32,416 nt of DNA from Candidatus Woesearchaeota archaeon (GTDB taxonomy: Archaea; Nanobdellota; Nanobdellia; Woesearchaeales; WJKR01). Below, one piece after another: positions 8,495-17,867 of the stretch. The notes beneath the pieces are model-generated. The model saw nothing but the letters and a program-made list of their open reading frames with translations. It had not been told where the DNA came from and made no database searches. The DNA lies in the NCBI GenBank assembly GCA_014729015.1, contig WJKR01000025.1:1-32416 (forward strand), read 5' to 3'. Each line of letters begins with the position of its first letter. Within the stretch, counting starts at the first letter, position 1. A program made the position numbers and the translations under genes.

Positions 8495-9590
8495 TTAATA
8501 GTACTTGTATTTTTTGAGGTTCTTGTTGAGTGAACGGGCAGTCTTGATATTTTCTTTCCTGTAGAGTTCGGTGATTTTTCTCCTGGTTTTCTTGTCCATT
8601 CTATATTTGCCTGATATTTTCCTCAGCATGAGTTTGTCGTCGAGGAATAGCAGGGTCTTGGTGCATAGTCTTCTCAATTGTTGGTCGAAGAAGTTTTTAT
8701 ATCGGTAGTATTCGGCCTTTTTGAAGTCCCGGTTGCTATTGTTTCCGATGAGTTTTTTTTTGTAACTGGGATGAGATATTGAACTTCTCGAGGATTTGTC
8801 GGAACCATAATAGTAACATGGCGGAAAGCGATGTTAGCCATGATAGGGGGCTCAAGGGGGATTCGTTTAACTTGCTTGTTAGGAATGTGTTGAGGAATCT
8901 ATGGATGGAAATTGTTATCTTTGACAATCCTTGTTTTTGTTTTTTCTTATCAGGTGTGGGGGGTTCTGAAATCCCCAAAAATTTGCATAGTTGTTTCAGA
9001 ACCTTTGCAGGTTCGCTTTTAAACTCTTCGAATACATAGACGAAAACATTTTCTTTCCCGAATACGTGTTGGTAGTGGGTTATGAATGTGTGGTAGAAGA
9101 GCTTGCTCCTCAAGGCAACGCTCCTCTTGTTTGGTGAGAACAATAGTTTTGTTGAGGGAAGTCTTCCTCCTCTTTTGATATACTGGTTGTAGTAAGATTC
9201 GAGCATGGATGTTTGGTTTCTTATCCCGATTATGATTCGTGTGTCAAAGTCCTTGAAGCTTTCTTTCAATCGCTCTGCTACATAGAGGGAAGAAGGCATC
9301 AGTCCGCCGTTTCCGAAAGATAATCCTTCATAGCTCACCCCATATATCTTCTTCTCAGTGGGATGTTTCCTTATTATGTTTCTTACTGTATCTCTTGATT
9401 TCTTCGGGGAGAACGTGATATCTGGCTCGTTCTGGAGGTTCATCTGTAGTCTTGTCAGTTGCTGGACGTGCTTCCTTGAGCTTTTTCCCAGGAACTCTAT
9501 ATCCTGATGTGTTGAGAAGAACTCATTCTGGAGCCATGTCGTGGCGGTCTTTGGAAATCCTATATTGATGAATATCTTTTTCTTTTTCAT
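8495..9590 (-). pseudogene. PAPS-dependent sulfotransferase split by a +1 frameshift in an A9 tract (8753-8761)
   Basis: 5'-PSB motif NIGFPKTATTWLQ, SYEGLS and RNQ...ESYY.QY. Deleting one A joins ORF 8736..9590 to the 8495..8677 frame, giving 364 aa that ends ITELYRKENIKTARSLNKNLKKYKYY, a typical sulfotransferase C-terminal helix. Confidence 0.82.
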
Positions 9591-10567
9591 TTTTCATGGG
9601 ATTCGCTTCTAGAAGATTGGGATTTGGGATTCGGAGTTGTTATCTTATCGTAATTCCATTGCGTTACCAGATCCCTATCCAGTAGTTCGCTGAGTCTCTT
9701 CACCTCCGGCTTGAATTTCTTCATAAGTCTTTCTTTCAGGGATGGCTTTATTTTCTGGTGTTTGACAGGGATTTTAATGAACTTGTATAATTTCCGTTTG
9801 ATGGCCTTGTATGCTTTCTGGGGCAGTACTGCTTTCCAGAATTTCCATACGAGAGGGTGTTCTGCTATGTTCTTGAGAGGCCTGTATTGTATTTTGTGCC
9901 TGTAATTTATTTTTTTGAAGGCGGGCGTGAACGTGTTGTCGACCCCTATGAATTTGGTGACTTCCGAAAACGTTTTTCTGTTGTCTCGGTTGAACTCATC
10001 GAAGAGTATGACTTTCACCTGGGAGCGTCCGAAAGTGCGAAAATACCGTTGTATGGATGTTGAGAATGTCGCGAGTTCGGTGTAGAAAAGTTGTGCGGGG
10101 AATGCTATTTTGGGCGGTAGTTGTTCTCCTTTTTTCCATGATTTCTCTTTTTCGAGTGATCTTTCAAAACTCTCTGTTTCAACCTTTCCGCCTTTGAATT
10201 GGTGGTATAGGGAGTGTATGTAATCAACGGGTTCTCTAATCATAATGATAATCTTGGCATTCGGGTTGAAATTATGGATGTTCTGTGCTGCTTCTTTCGA
10301 GTGGAGGTAGGCAGTGGTCCCTTCTCCTGCAACTTTCTCATCCTTCCAATCCCTGAATAGTGAGAGATATTTGCTCTGGGTGCGGTATGGGAAATGCTTT
10401 TTCTTACTATGGAACCTGTCGCTTTCCCTGATTCTGTCTGTGCAGAAAAAACCGATTTCTTTGGGTTCTGCCATGAAGATGTCCGGATGCTGCTTGAGGA
10501 ATTCGTACATCGCTGTGGACCCGCTCTTGGGAGCTCCCACGAGGAAGACACTGGGTTTTCTTCTCAT
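9587..10567 (-). CDS. Sulfotransferase family protein
   Basis: FLVGAPKSGST, L.QHPDIF, KE..FF, GEGTTAYL, P.AKIIIMIREPV...SLY and C-terminal LSELLDRDL..W. Confidence 0.9.
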   Translation of the reverse strand: MRRKPSVFLVGAPKSGSTAMYEFLKQHPDIFMAEPKEIGFFCTDRIRESDRFHSKKKHFPYRTQSKYLSLFRDWKDEKVAGEGTTAYLHSKEAAQNIHNFNPNAKIIIMIREPVDYIHSLYHQFKGGKVETESFERSLEKEKSWKKGEQLPPKIAFPAQLFYTELATFSTSIQRYFRTFGRSQVKVILFDEFNRDNRKTFSEVTKFIGVDNTFTPAFKKINYRHKIQYRPLKNIAEHPLVWKFWKAVLPQKAYKAIKRKLYKFIKIPVKHQKIKPSLKERLMKKFKPEVKRLSELLDRDLVTQWNYDKITTPNPKSQSSRSESHEK

Positions 10568-10740
10568 CTGGTTTTATTGATGGGAGGGTCCTTAAAAGGT
10601 TTTCTGAGGGGGTATTATGCGATTTGGCCCTGTTCCGCTTCGTAGTGTCTCTTAATCCCTTTGTCAGGGGTGGCTGTGAGGGCTTGTGGTGGCTGTCTAA
10701 GGCATAATGTTTTTAAATGATATATGTTTTTTAGAACGTT

Positions 10741-12480
10741 ATGAGGAAACCTTCTCTATTTATTGTTGGGGCCCCCAAATGTGGAACCACGACGTTGTAT
10801 GATTTGCTTTCCCAACATCCTGACGTTTTTATGACTGTCCCTAAGGAGCCTATGCATTTTTGTAAGGACTTTATTAGGGAGAGCGATTGGTTTTGGGGGA
10901 AGAAGAAGTATTTCCCTTATAGGGATAGGTCCCGTTATTGGGAGCTTTTTAGCGAGTGGTCTGATGAGAAGGTTGCGGGAGAGGCCTCGACCGTTTATCT
11001 GTACTCGAAGGTGGCTGCCAAGCGGATACGTCACTTCAACCCTGAGGCGAGGATAATCATCATGTTGCGGGAGCCTGTCTCCTTCATCGAGTCGCTCTAC
11101 CTCCATAACAGGCGTGAAGCGGGGGAGGTCCGTTCCTTAAGGGAGGCGCTTGATTTGGAACCGAAGCGGAAATGGAACCATAGATTGGCCCCCTCACGCA
11201 TTCGGTTCCCCTCCTATAGCTTCTACAGAGAGTTCGCCAACTTTCCTGAACAGGTAAGGAGGTTCACCGCAGTCTTTCCTCGGGAGCAGATACTGTTCAT
11301 CACGCTGGACGAGCTGAAGAGCAGCCCCGAGAATGTCTTGGAGAGGGTGTGCCGTTTCGTGGGGGTGTCTCCTTCCAGGACCTCCGCTTCACCGGCCTCT
11401 TCAAACACTCGTAGGCTCCCGAAATCGCAGGCGTTGAGAAAGGTGTTGGAGAGTCCCCTTGTATGGCAGCTGCCCAAGATGGTACTGCCGAGGAAGTGGT
11501 ACGACAAGCTGAAGGACGTCTACCGGGGAGCAGCCTACACTCTGCCTTCGAGGTCTGTTATGGAGTCTGATCTCGTGGAATCGTTGAGGAAGGAGTTCAA
11601 GCCCGTCGTGCGGGAGCTCAGCAAGATCACAGCCAAGGATTTGGAAGGGTTATGGTCTTACAGGGAGAGGAAGCTCAGCTCCTCAAAGGAAGACCCCCTG
11701 CCGGTGTGCTTGGGTGGCACGCTCGGCGACACCTTCATCGTGTTCTGCAAGATCACCAAATACTGGCAGAAGCACGGCGGCCACTACACCTTGAGACGCT
11801 TCAATGACCACAAAGGATTCGACAAGCCCTTGAAGGAATTCTTCAAAGGGGTGTCCTACATCGATTATCTCCCCAGCAAGAGCCATGCGATGCTTTCCAA
11901 GGAGATTTACAAGCACGTGTATCTTAATGCGGACGTCGAGGGGGGTAGGGGGACCAGGACCCGGATAAAGGATTCCGTCGATTTCGGTATGGAGCCTTTT
12001 CCGGATGTTCCTTTCAAACCGAAGCGCCCCAGGGGGAAGCATGTGGGCGTACAGCTCCATGCGGGGAAATCGCTCAACAACTACAAGGGGTTCCGTTTCA
12101 GCCATGTCTTGCGGTTCATGTCAGAGCATCCCGGCGCCACCTTCCACCTCTTCGGGACCGGCTACGGCTACAGCGAGCGGAGCGTAAGACGTTTCTGCAG
12201 GAAGCATGGCATACGGAATCATGTGGGCCGGACCAGTTTCTCGGAATGGCTGCGGTACCTCAAGTCCATGGATTTCCTCTACACGCCCGAAGGGTTCAGC
12301 GCGTTCTTCTCGCTCTCGCAGAAGGTTCCTTGCAGGGTGTACTACATTGATCCTCTCAGCACCAAGCGCATACATCCCGCCTGGAAGTCCCATGCCGACC
12401 TTGTACGTGCGAAATCCGTAATTCTATGGCCTTGGTTGTTCTTGGGGAGGGTGCGGCAGCGGCTTAAGATTCCGCGATGA
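10741..12480 (+). CDS. Sulfotransferase fused to a C-terminal GT9-like (GT-B) domain
   Basis: Residues 1 to about 307 form a sulfotransferase (FIVGAPKCGTT, GEASTVYL, LREPV...SLY). The C-terminus shows GTLGDT, HVGVQLHAG and NHVGRTSFSEWLRYLKSMDFLYTPEG...VP, resembling GT9 motifs. TTTTTAAA TATA box at 10710-10717. Confidence 0.8.
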   Translation: MRKPSLFIVGAPKCGTTTLYDLLSQHPDVFMTVPKEPMHFCKDFIRESDWFWGKKKYFPYRDRSRYWELFSEWSDEKVAGEASTVYLYSKVAAKRIRHFNPEARIIIMLREPVSFIESLYLHNRREAGEVRSLREALDLEPKRKWNHRLAPSRIRFPSYSFYREFANFPEQVRRFTAVFPREQILFITLDELKSSPENVLERVCRFVGVSPSRTSASPASSNTRRLPKSQALRKVLESPLVWQLPKMVLPRKWYDKLKDVYRGAAYTLPSRSVMESDLVESLRKEFKPVVRELSKITAKDLEGLWSYRERKLSSSKEDPLPVCLGGTLGDTFIVFCKITKYWQKHGGHYTLRRFNDHKGFDKPLKEFFKGVSYIDYLPSKSHAMLSKEIYKHVYLNADVEGGRGTRTRIKDSVDFGMEPFPDVPFKPKRPRGKHVGVQLHAGKSLNNYKGFRFSHVLRFMSEHPGATFHLFGTGYGYSERSVRRFCRKHGIRNHVGRTSFSEWLRYLKSMDFLYTPEGFSAFFSLSQKVPCRVYYIDPLSTKRIHPAWKSHADLVRAKSVILWPWLFLGRVRQRLKIPR

Positions 12481-13591
12481 TACGGGTGAGTCGTTTCTCG
12501 AGCTCTTTCTTAGGTGCTTCGGAGTCGAACTTTTTGGCGTGGGTCCTGGCTTTTTTTGAGTAATTTTTGTATTCTTTCTCTATTTGCAGGATGGCCTTTT
12601 TCCAGTCCTTCACTGTGGCTGAGGGCTTCATTAGTATACCGCCCCCGTCCACTGATTCTGCGTGCCCTCCCAGGTCGGTGGCGATGGCGGGGATGCCTGA
12701 CAGCATCGCCTCGACCGGCACGCGGCCGAAGGCTTCCGGGTGCTCCCTGGCTGAGATGAATATCCTCGTCTGGCGGTAGATATCCCTCGGGTCGTCGACG
12801 TATGTCCGCTGGACCTTCAGGTTGGGGATGTCGACCTCGTCCTTATGCCCGACCGAGAGGAACTTGTGGTCGGGCATGCTCCGGGCAAGGGCTTCCATCA
12901 TCCGGTGTCCCGACTTCTTCCCCAAGCCTATCGCCGTGATGTAGGATCCTGTGCTTTTCACCCTGTACTTGTGGGCGCGTATCCTGTAATACGACACTAT
13001 TGCGTCGACCCCGATTATCTTTTGTATCATGCGTCTCGTGTATTCGCTGTTCGCGACCACGAGGTCTGCTTCACGGAAGCTCTCTGGGATGGTACAGCCG
13101 TAGACGAACGTGTCCATCAGCCACGCGTACCCTACTCTGAGCGGTATTTTGAGCGTGTTCTTCTTCCCTCTGAACTGGCTGTTCTTCAGGGAGGGCAGCA
13201 GCCGTTCGAACTTCCTGAACAGCCGCCAGTATCCTCCTATCAGCGTCTCGAAGCGGTGGACGAAGAATACGTAGGGAATGCCAAGTTCACGTTTCAGGTT
13301 GAGCGCTATCTTCGATTCGAAGCTCCAGGTGAGGAGACACTCCGGCCTGTGTTTTTTCGCGAAGCTGGTGGCGAGTGCGAGCTTCCTCTTGTTGCTTGTG
13401 GCTTTGAGGGTGTAGTAGTGGACGCCGTTCAGCGTTCGCTTCTGGTTTTGCCAGGAGAATTGCAACACTTCTATCTCATGTCCTTGTGCAGTGAGGTATT
13501 CCGAGAGTTCCCTCATGCTTATCTCGCCCCCTCCTGGCATGGAGTGCTTTGTGGGAATCATGGGGTTGTGCGCGAGTATCATCAGTTTCAT
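12464..13591 (-). CDS. Glycosyltransferase family 4
   Basis: GGGEIS, ANSEYT and EAFGRVPVEAMLSGIPAIATDLGG..E (Ex7E motif). Confidence 0.92.
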   Translation of the reverse strand: MKLMILAHNPMIPTKHSMPGGGEISMRELSEYLTAQGHEIEVLQFSWQNQKRTLNGVHYYTLKATSNKRKLALATSFAKKHRPECLLTWSFESKIALNLKRELGIPYVFFVHRFETLIGGYWRLFRKFERLLPSLKNSQFRGKKNTLKIPLRVGYAWLMDTFVYGCTIPESFREADLVVANSEYTRRMIQKIIGVDAIVSYYRIRAHKYRVKSTGSYITAIGLGKKSGHRMMEALARSMPDHKFLSVGHKDEVDIPNLKVQRTYVDDPRDIYRQTRIFISAREHPEAFGRVPVEAMLSGIPAIATDLGGHAESVDGGGILMKPSATVKDWKKAILQIEKEYKNYSKKARTHAKKFDSEAPKKELEKRLTRIIAES

Positions 13592-14604
13592 GTTTTCTTC
13601 CTCTTATTGTGGTCTTCCACGAATGACAGCAGCCTCTCAATCTGGTTCTTCCAGGTGTAGTCTTCGAGAACTTTCTTTCTGCCTGCTTTGGCTATCGTTT
13701 CTCGTTCCTTGTGGTGCTTGAGGTAGTGCCTGATTGCGTTGAGACATTCCTCTTTAGTGGCGAACCATTCAAGGTGTTTCCCTTTCACGAAGAATTTCTC
13801 GAGATCCTTGTTGTGCGTCGCTAGGAGGAACGAGCCTGTCGCCATGGCGTCGAATACCCTGGCTGAGAAGCCTGCTCCTGGCCTGTTGATGTTGAGTATG
13901 ATCCTCGATTCCTGGTACAGTTTCGTGAGCGCTTGGTTGTAGCGGGGGCCGTTCCTGGTGTTAGGGCCGTACACCTCCACCTTAATGCCGTTCCTCTTGA
14001 GGTATGAGAGGAGCCTCCTCCGCGGCCTGTCTATCATGCCGACGAAGATGACGTCATGTTTCTTCTTCCTCCGCTTCAAGTGCTTGTAGTCCTGCAGCGA
14101 GGCTCCTTGGATGAGGTGCAGTTTCCTCGTGTTCCCGAAGAACGGCAGCACGTCGGACCAGGTGGTGCTTGCGTAGTCGCACCTCTTCGCGTACTCGTCG
14201 GCCTCGACAATCCTGGCGGTCTTCAGGTAGTCCATGAAATAGTAGAACAGCGGGCCGTGCCGCCGTAGTTTTGGGAGGAACTTGTAGTGGAGGTCTTCCG
14301 CTTTTGAGATCAGGATGAGGTCGTAGGTCTCGCCCTTGATCTTGCTGAAGAGCTCTTTCGCCATGCCTTGCCTGGCGGGATCCCTGTAGAACAGCCGCCT
14401 GACAGGTTTGGGGAAGAAGGGGAGCTTCAGGGCCCAGAAGAGCCTCCATGCGAACCATTTGAAGGGCCCCCTGCGCTTGTTCGTGTTCGCGCGGTAGTCG
14501 AATGTGGTGACATCGATGCCCTTCCGTCGCAACTCTTCCAACTGGGGTATGTTCTTCGAGTGAGTGGGTGAGAACACTCCTATGAAGAGTACGCGCTTCA
14601 ACAT
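13588..14604 (-). CDS. CgeB-like / Glyco_trans_1_2 GT-B glycosyltransferase
   Basis: HDVIFVG, Y..SRIILNI, SARVFDAMATGSFLL and RETIAKAG...V...YTW.. Confidence 0.85.
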   Translation of the reverse strand: MLKRVLFIGVFSPTHSKNIPQLEELRRKGIDVTTFDYRANTNKRRGPFKWFAWRLFWALKLPFFPKPVRRLFYRDPARQGMAKELFSKIKGETYDLILISKAEDLHYKFLPKLRRHGPLFYYFMDYLKTARIVEADEYAKRCDYASTTWSDVLPFFGNTRKLHLIQGASLQDYKHLKRRKKKHDVIFVGMIDRPRRRLLSYLKRNGIKVEVYGPNTRNGPRYNQALTKLYQESRIILNINRPGAGFSARVFDAMATGSFLLATHNKDLEKFFVKGKHLEWFATKEECLNAIRHYLKHHKERETIAKAGRKKVLEDYTWKNQIERLLSFVEDHNKRKKT

Positions 14605-14683
14605 GCGGGTGAAATTGCCTCGCCGTTTAAAAAAATTGTGAAAGCAAAAGGTTTATAACACTGCTGGAGCTTTTGGGGAGCGT

Positions 14684-15553
14684 ATGCGGACGCTCATCTG
14701 GCACGTCGGCCTCCACAAGACGGCTTCAACCTTCCTGCAGCACGAGGTCTTCCCCAAACTCGGTGGTGTCAAGCAACTCACCAGTCATGGCAAGTATGGT
14801 ACTGTTGACCTGATGAACAAGAATCTTTCCCAGCGTGATGTCAAGCGGATACGGGGAGAGTTGAAGAAGAGGGCGACGGCAGGCACGAACCTGCTTTCCT
14901 GTGAGGGTCTGGCTGGGTCCGCGTATCCTCGCCGCCCAGTCAAGGATAGGGTCCAGATACTGGATGATATAAAGAAGGTCTCCCAGGGCTTCAAGCCAAA
15001 GGTCATACTCGTGCTCCGCCGGCAGGACAAGCTGATTGAGTCCGTGTATCGTGACTATGTCCGTGGGGGGGCAGTTGATGACTTCGACACCTTCATGGGA
15101 CGGCTCTTCAGGAGGTGGGGTGGCCGGGGAGGCTTTGTCCAATGGTTCAGCTTCTCTGCTTACGTACGGGAATTGCACAAGATGTTCGAGAAGCAGAACG
15201 TCCTAGTGCTTACGCAGGAGGGGCTCAAAGCCTCCCCCACCCATTTCATGGAGTCGCTCTGCAGGTTCATCGGGACTGATGTGCCCGCTTATCACAATAA
15301 GCCGAGGAACAGGAGTTATGGGGCGGTGCAGATGAGGTTAGCGAGGAAGCTCAATATCCTCTTCAAGACGAGGTGTAATCCCCGTGGCCTTATACCATTG
15401 AGGATTGTCCCGGCGATTCTGGGGAGGGAGGTCTTCTTCAGGCTGTTCCCAAAACCCTACAGGATTCCTGAGGCGTGGCGGAAGGAGCTCCTGGAGCTAT
15501 TCTCAGAGGACAACCGGATTCTGAAAGAGAAGTATGGTATCGGATTCTCATAG
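14684..15553 (+). CDS. Sulfotransferase family protein
   Basis: HVGLHKTASTFLQ, LLSCEGL, LRRQD..IESVY..Y and L...FSEDN..L. TTTATAA TATA box at 14652-14658. Confidence 0.85.
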   Translation: MRTLIWHVGLHKTASTFLQHEVFPKLGGVKQLTSHGKYGTVDLMNKNLSQRDVKRIRGELKKRATAGTNLLSCEGLAGSAYPRRPVKDRVQILDDIKKVSQGFKPKVILVLRRQDKLIESVYRDYVRGGAVDDFDTFMGRLFRRWGGRGGFVQWFSFSAYVRELHKMFEKQNVLVLTQEGLKASPTHFMESLCRFIGTDVPAYHNKPRNRSYGAVQMRLARKLNILFKTRCNPRGLIPLRIVPAILGREVFFRLFPKPYRIPEAWRKELLELFSEDNRILKEKYGIGFS

Positions 15554-15558
15554 GATGC

Positions 15559-16992
15559 TCAGCTGGTCTTTTTTCGGAGCATCTTGACTTGCCGTATCAT
15601 CCAGAAGAGTCTCGATTTCTCCATTAGTGCAAGGATGATGATGTAACTGACTCCTATGATGAGGGCGTGGGTTATGAATGAGGTGAGCTGCTGCGAGAAG
15701 CTTATATGATTCCTCACCAGGAGGTGGACGGCTGCGCTTCCTGCCCCTGCTATGACTGGGTTGACAATCACTCTCTTGAGGTTGAGCGATACTATCCTTC
15801 TAGTCCTGCGGAGCAGCTCCACGATGCCGGCGACCATGCCGAGGTTGACGGCCATGGCCGCCCCCTCCGCTCCTGCGATCAGGGTGGCTGGTATGAGTAC
15901 GATAGCAAACCCGGCGAATTCAACCGTCTTCGCTGCCGCCACGTTCTTCGGGAGGCCCACGTGCTTGTTGAGGTTGATGTGCAACTGGCGGTAGGGTAGG
16001 AGGAGTGCGTATAGGACCATGATCTGTGCGATGGTGGTCATCGGCGCCCACTTCGCGCCGTAGACTATGACTATGGCTTCTTTTGCCAGGAGGAAGAAAG
16101 GTACGTATAGGAACAGGACGATTCTCATGACGAGGGCGCAGAGGACGTTGTAGTTCCTCTGGAGCACGCGCTTGTTGTTCTGGAACTTGGCGAAGACTGA
16201 GGCTGCCACTCGTCCAATCGAGCCTATGGTGAACTTGCTGAACAGTCCGCTGAGGGTGTAGGCTTGGCTGTACAGGCCCAGCGCGCCCGTGCCGACGAGG
16301 TGTTTCACCGTCACGTCGTCGGCGCGCTCGTTCGTCCTGTTGAGGATGGACGTCGCTATGTTGTACTTTGCGTAGTCGAAGAAGCGCCTGAAGTCCCGGC
16401 GCGAGAAGGCGAGCCGTAGCTTTGTGGGGCTTCTCATGAGGAGATAGGCTGATTTGATGATGTTTGGGGTTATGGTGAAGAGAAGGAGGGCCCATATCCC
16501 GAGCCCGTTGAACGCTACTATGAGGGCTGCCGCGAACGAGAGCGCCGTTGATGTCAGGAGGAGGATGGAGAGTTCCTTGAAGCGTATGTCCCTGGCGTAC
16601 AGGGCCTTGATTGATGTCGTCACGTGCTTGAGTGTCATGGCGACCCCTACGCAGAGGAACAGCCAGGTGTGGTTGCCGGCGGTGGTCGGGAAGAGGATGG
16701 GGTAGAGGAGCGATAACGCGCCCACTAGGATGAGGGATCCGGCCAGCTTGAATGTCATGATGGACCTGAGCGCGCCTTTGAGGTCGTTCTGGGTCTGCAC
16801 CAGGTAGGAATGCTCGTCCCAGGAGATGAACATGAATGTGAGGGTGAAGACGCTCATGAGGTACGCGATGGTGCCGAAGTCCTGCGGGGAGAGCAGGCGG
16901 GCGAGGACGATGGTTCCTACGAATTCCAGGAAGAGGACGACGTAGTTGGCGGTGGCGTTCCAGGCGAAGCTCTGTATGATTTTCTTCTTCAT
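15559..16992 (-). CDS. Wzx/PST-type oligosaccharide flippase (MOP superfamily)
   Basis: Start revised to ATG 16992 (ATGA overlap with the upstream GT). LARLLSPQDFG, G.GALGLYSQAY.L and YGAKW; about 12-14 hydrophobic segments. Confidence 0.9.
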   Translation of the reverse strand: MKKKIIQSFAWNATANYVVLFLEFVGTIVLARLLSPQDFGTIAYLMSVFTLTFMFISWDEHSYLVQTQNDLKGALRSIMTFKLAGSLILVGALSLLYPILFPTTAGNHTWLFLCVGVAMTLKHVTTSIKALYARDIRFKELSILLLTSTALSFAAALIVAFNGLGIWALLLFTITPNIIKSAYLLMRSPTKLRLAFSRRDFRRFFDYAKYNIATSILNRTNERADDVTVKHLVGTGALGLYSQAYTLSGLFSKFTIGSIGRVAASVFAKFQNNKRVLQRNYNVLCALVMRIVLFLYVPFFLLAKEAIVIVYGAKWAPMTTIAQIMVLYALLLPYRQLHINLNKHVGLPKNVAAAKTVEFAGFAIVLIPATLIAGAEGAAMAVNLGMVAGIVELLRRTRRIVSLNLKRVIVNPVIAGAGSAAVHLLVRNHISFSQQLTSFITHALIIGVSYIIILALMEKSRLFWMIRQVKMLRKKTS

Positions 16993-17867
16993 GGCGTCGT
17001 CACGATTTTCGTTTTGATGTTCCTCATGTCCGGGACGTGACGGTAGGGGTGGTTGTCGAGTATCTTTGGATGTCTTCCCCTGTACTTCTTGATGACTCTC
17101 TCGCTGCCCGGCCACCAGCCGTAGACGCCCGTGTTCCTCTCGTTCTCCTTATAGAGTTTGTCGGCATTCTTCTCGTTCCACTTGTAGTAGATGTGGTCGT
17201 ACCAATCCAGACTCTCCTTGGAGCGGGACCCGCCCTTGACTTCCATCAGGCGCGTGAGGTATTCCCTCTCATTAGTCCGTATGAAGCTGTAGTGGAACAT
17301 GGGGTCCTTTTCGAGCGCTATGTGCTCGCTTTTTTGGTAGCGGCTCCCGTTCGCGTAGAGCGCATACTGGTTGTAAAAGTGGAATTTCATGCCTTTGGTG
17401 TAGCGCCAGAGCCGCTTGGAGTAGCCGTCTATATAGTGGGTGAAATCGTACACGAAGATTCTCGCCTTCAGGCGGATCATGTCTTTTTTTGTGGTGCGCA
17501 TGATTCGTCTTATCTTCTTCATCTGCTCCTCGGTGTAGAACTCGTCGACGTCGCAGAGCATGATCCAGTCGCCTTCTCGTATTCCCATCCTTTTGAACTT
17601 GGAGAGGATTTTCTTGAATGACAAGCCCTTGCCTATTTCGACGCGGGGTCCCGCGACGTTCCTCATGAGGGTGACCTTTGGGTGGTCCTTGTACCTTTTG
17701 ATGATATTTCTCGTTCCGTCCTTCGACCGATTGGTCCAAAAGTGCCATATGGGGCCGTGATATCCTTCTCCGATTATCAGGTGGTCGACATGCTCGAGGT
17801 GCGCTTTGATGGCGTAGTCAGCCCAGTCCGCATCCTCGTAGATGGGCATGAATCCGTAGACAGCTAT
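16989..17867 (-). CDS. GT-A fold (GT2-like) glycosyltransferase
   Basis: (I)AVYGFMPIYED, IIGEG, SKDGT..II, DWIMLCDVDE (DxD) and MFHYS. The first ATG is at 17849, but an in-frame ATA at 17867 follows a GGTGA SD, so the start is uncertain. Confidence 0.78.
   Translation of the reverse strand: MAVYGFMPIYEDADWADYAIKAHLEHVDHLIIGEGYHGPIWHFWTNRSKDGTRNIIKRYKDHPKVTLMRNVAGPRVEIGKGLSFKKILSKFKRMGIREGDWIMLCDVDEFYTEEQMKKIRRIMRTTKKDMIRLKARIFVYDFTHYIDGYSKRLWRYTKGMKFHFYNQYALYANGSRYQKSEHIALEKDPMFHYSFIRTNEREYLTRLMEVKGGSRSKESLDWYDHIYYKWNEKNADKLYKENERNTGVYGWWPGSERVIKKYRGRHPKILDNHPYRHVPDMRNIKTKIVTTP

Noticed and set aside
8495-8677. 60-aa ORF as an independent gene
   Set aside because: It is the frameshifted C-terminus of the upstream sulfotransferase.
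8753-8762. A-AAA-AAC as a programmed -1 ribosomal frameshift site
   Set aside because: Restoring the frame needs loss of one base (+1 shift), not -1; the same holds for the FkbM tract.
12845-13660. 271-aa + strand ORF and the many other antisense or alternate-frame ORFs (e.g. 17037-17621, 28244-28852, 7359-7916)
   Set aside because: Shadow ORFs of well-supported genes in GC-rich DNA, with no recognisable motifs.
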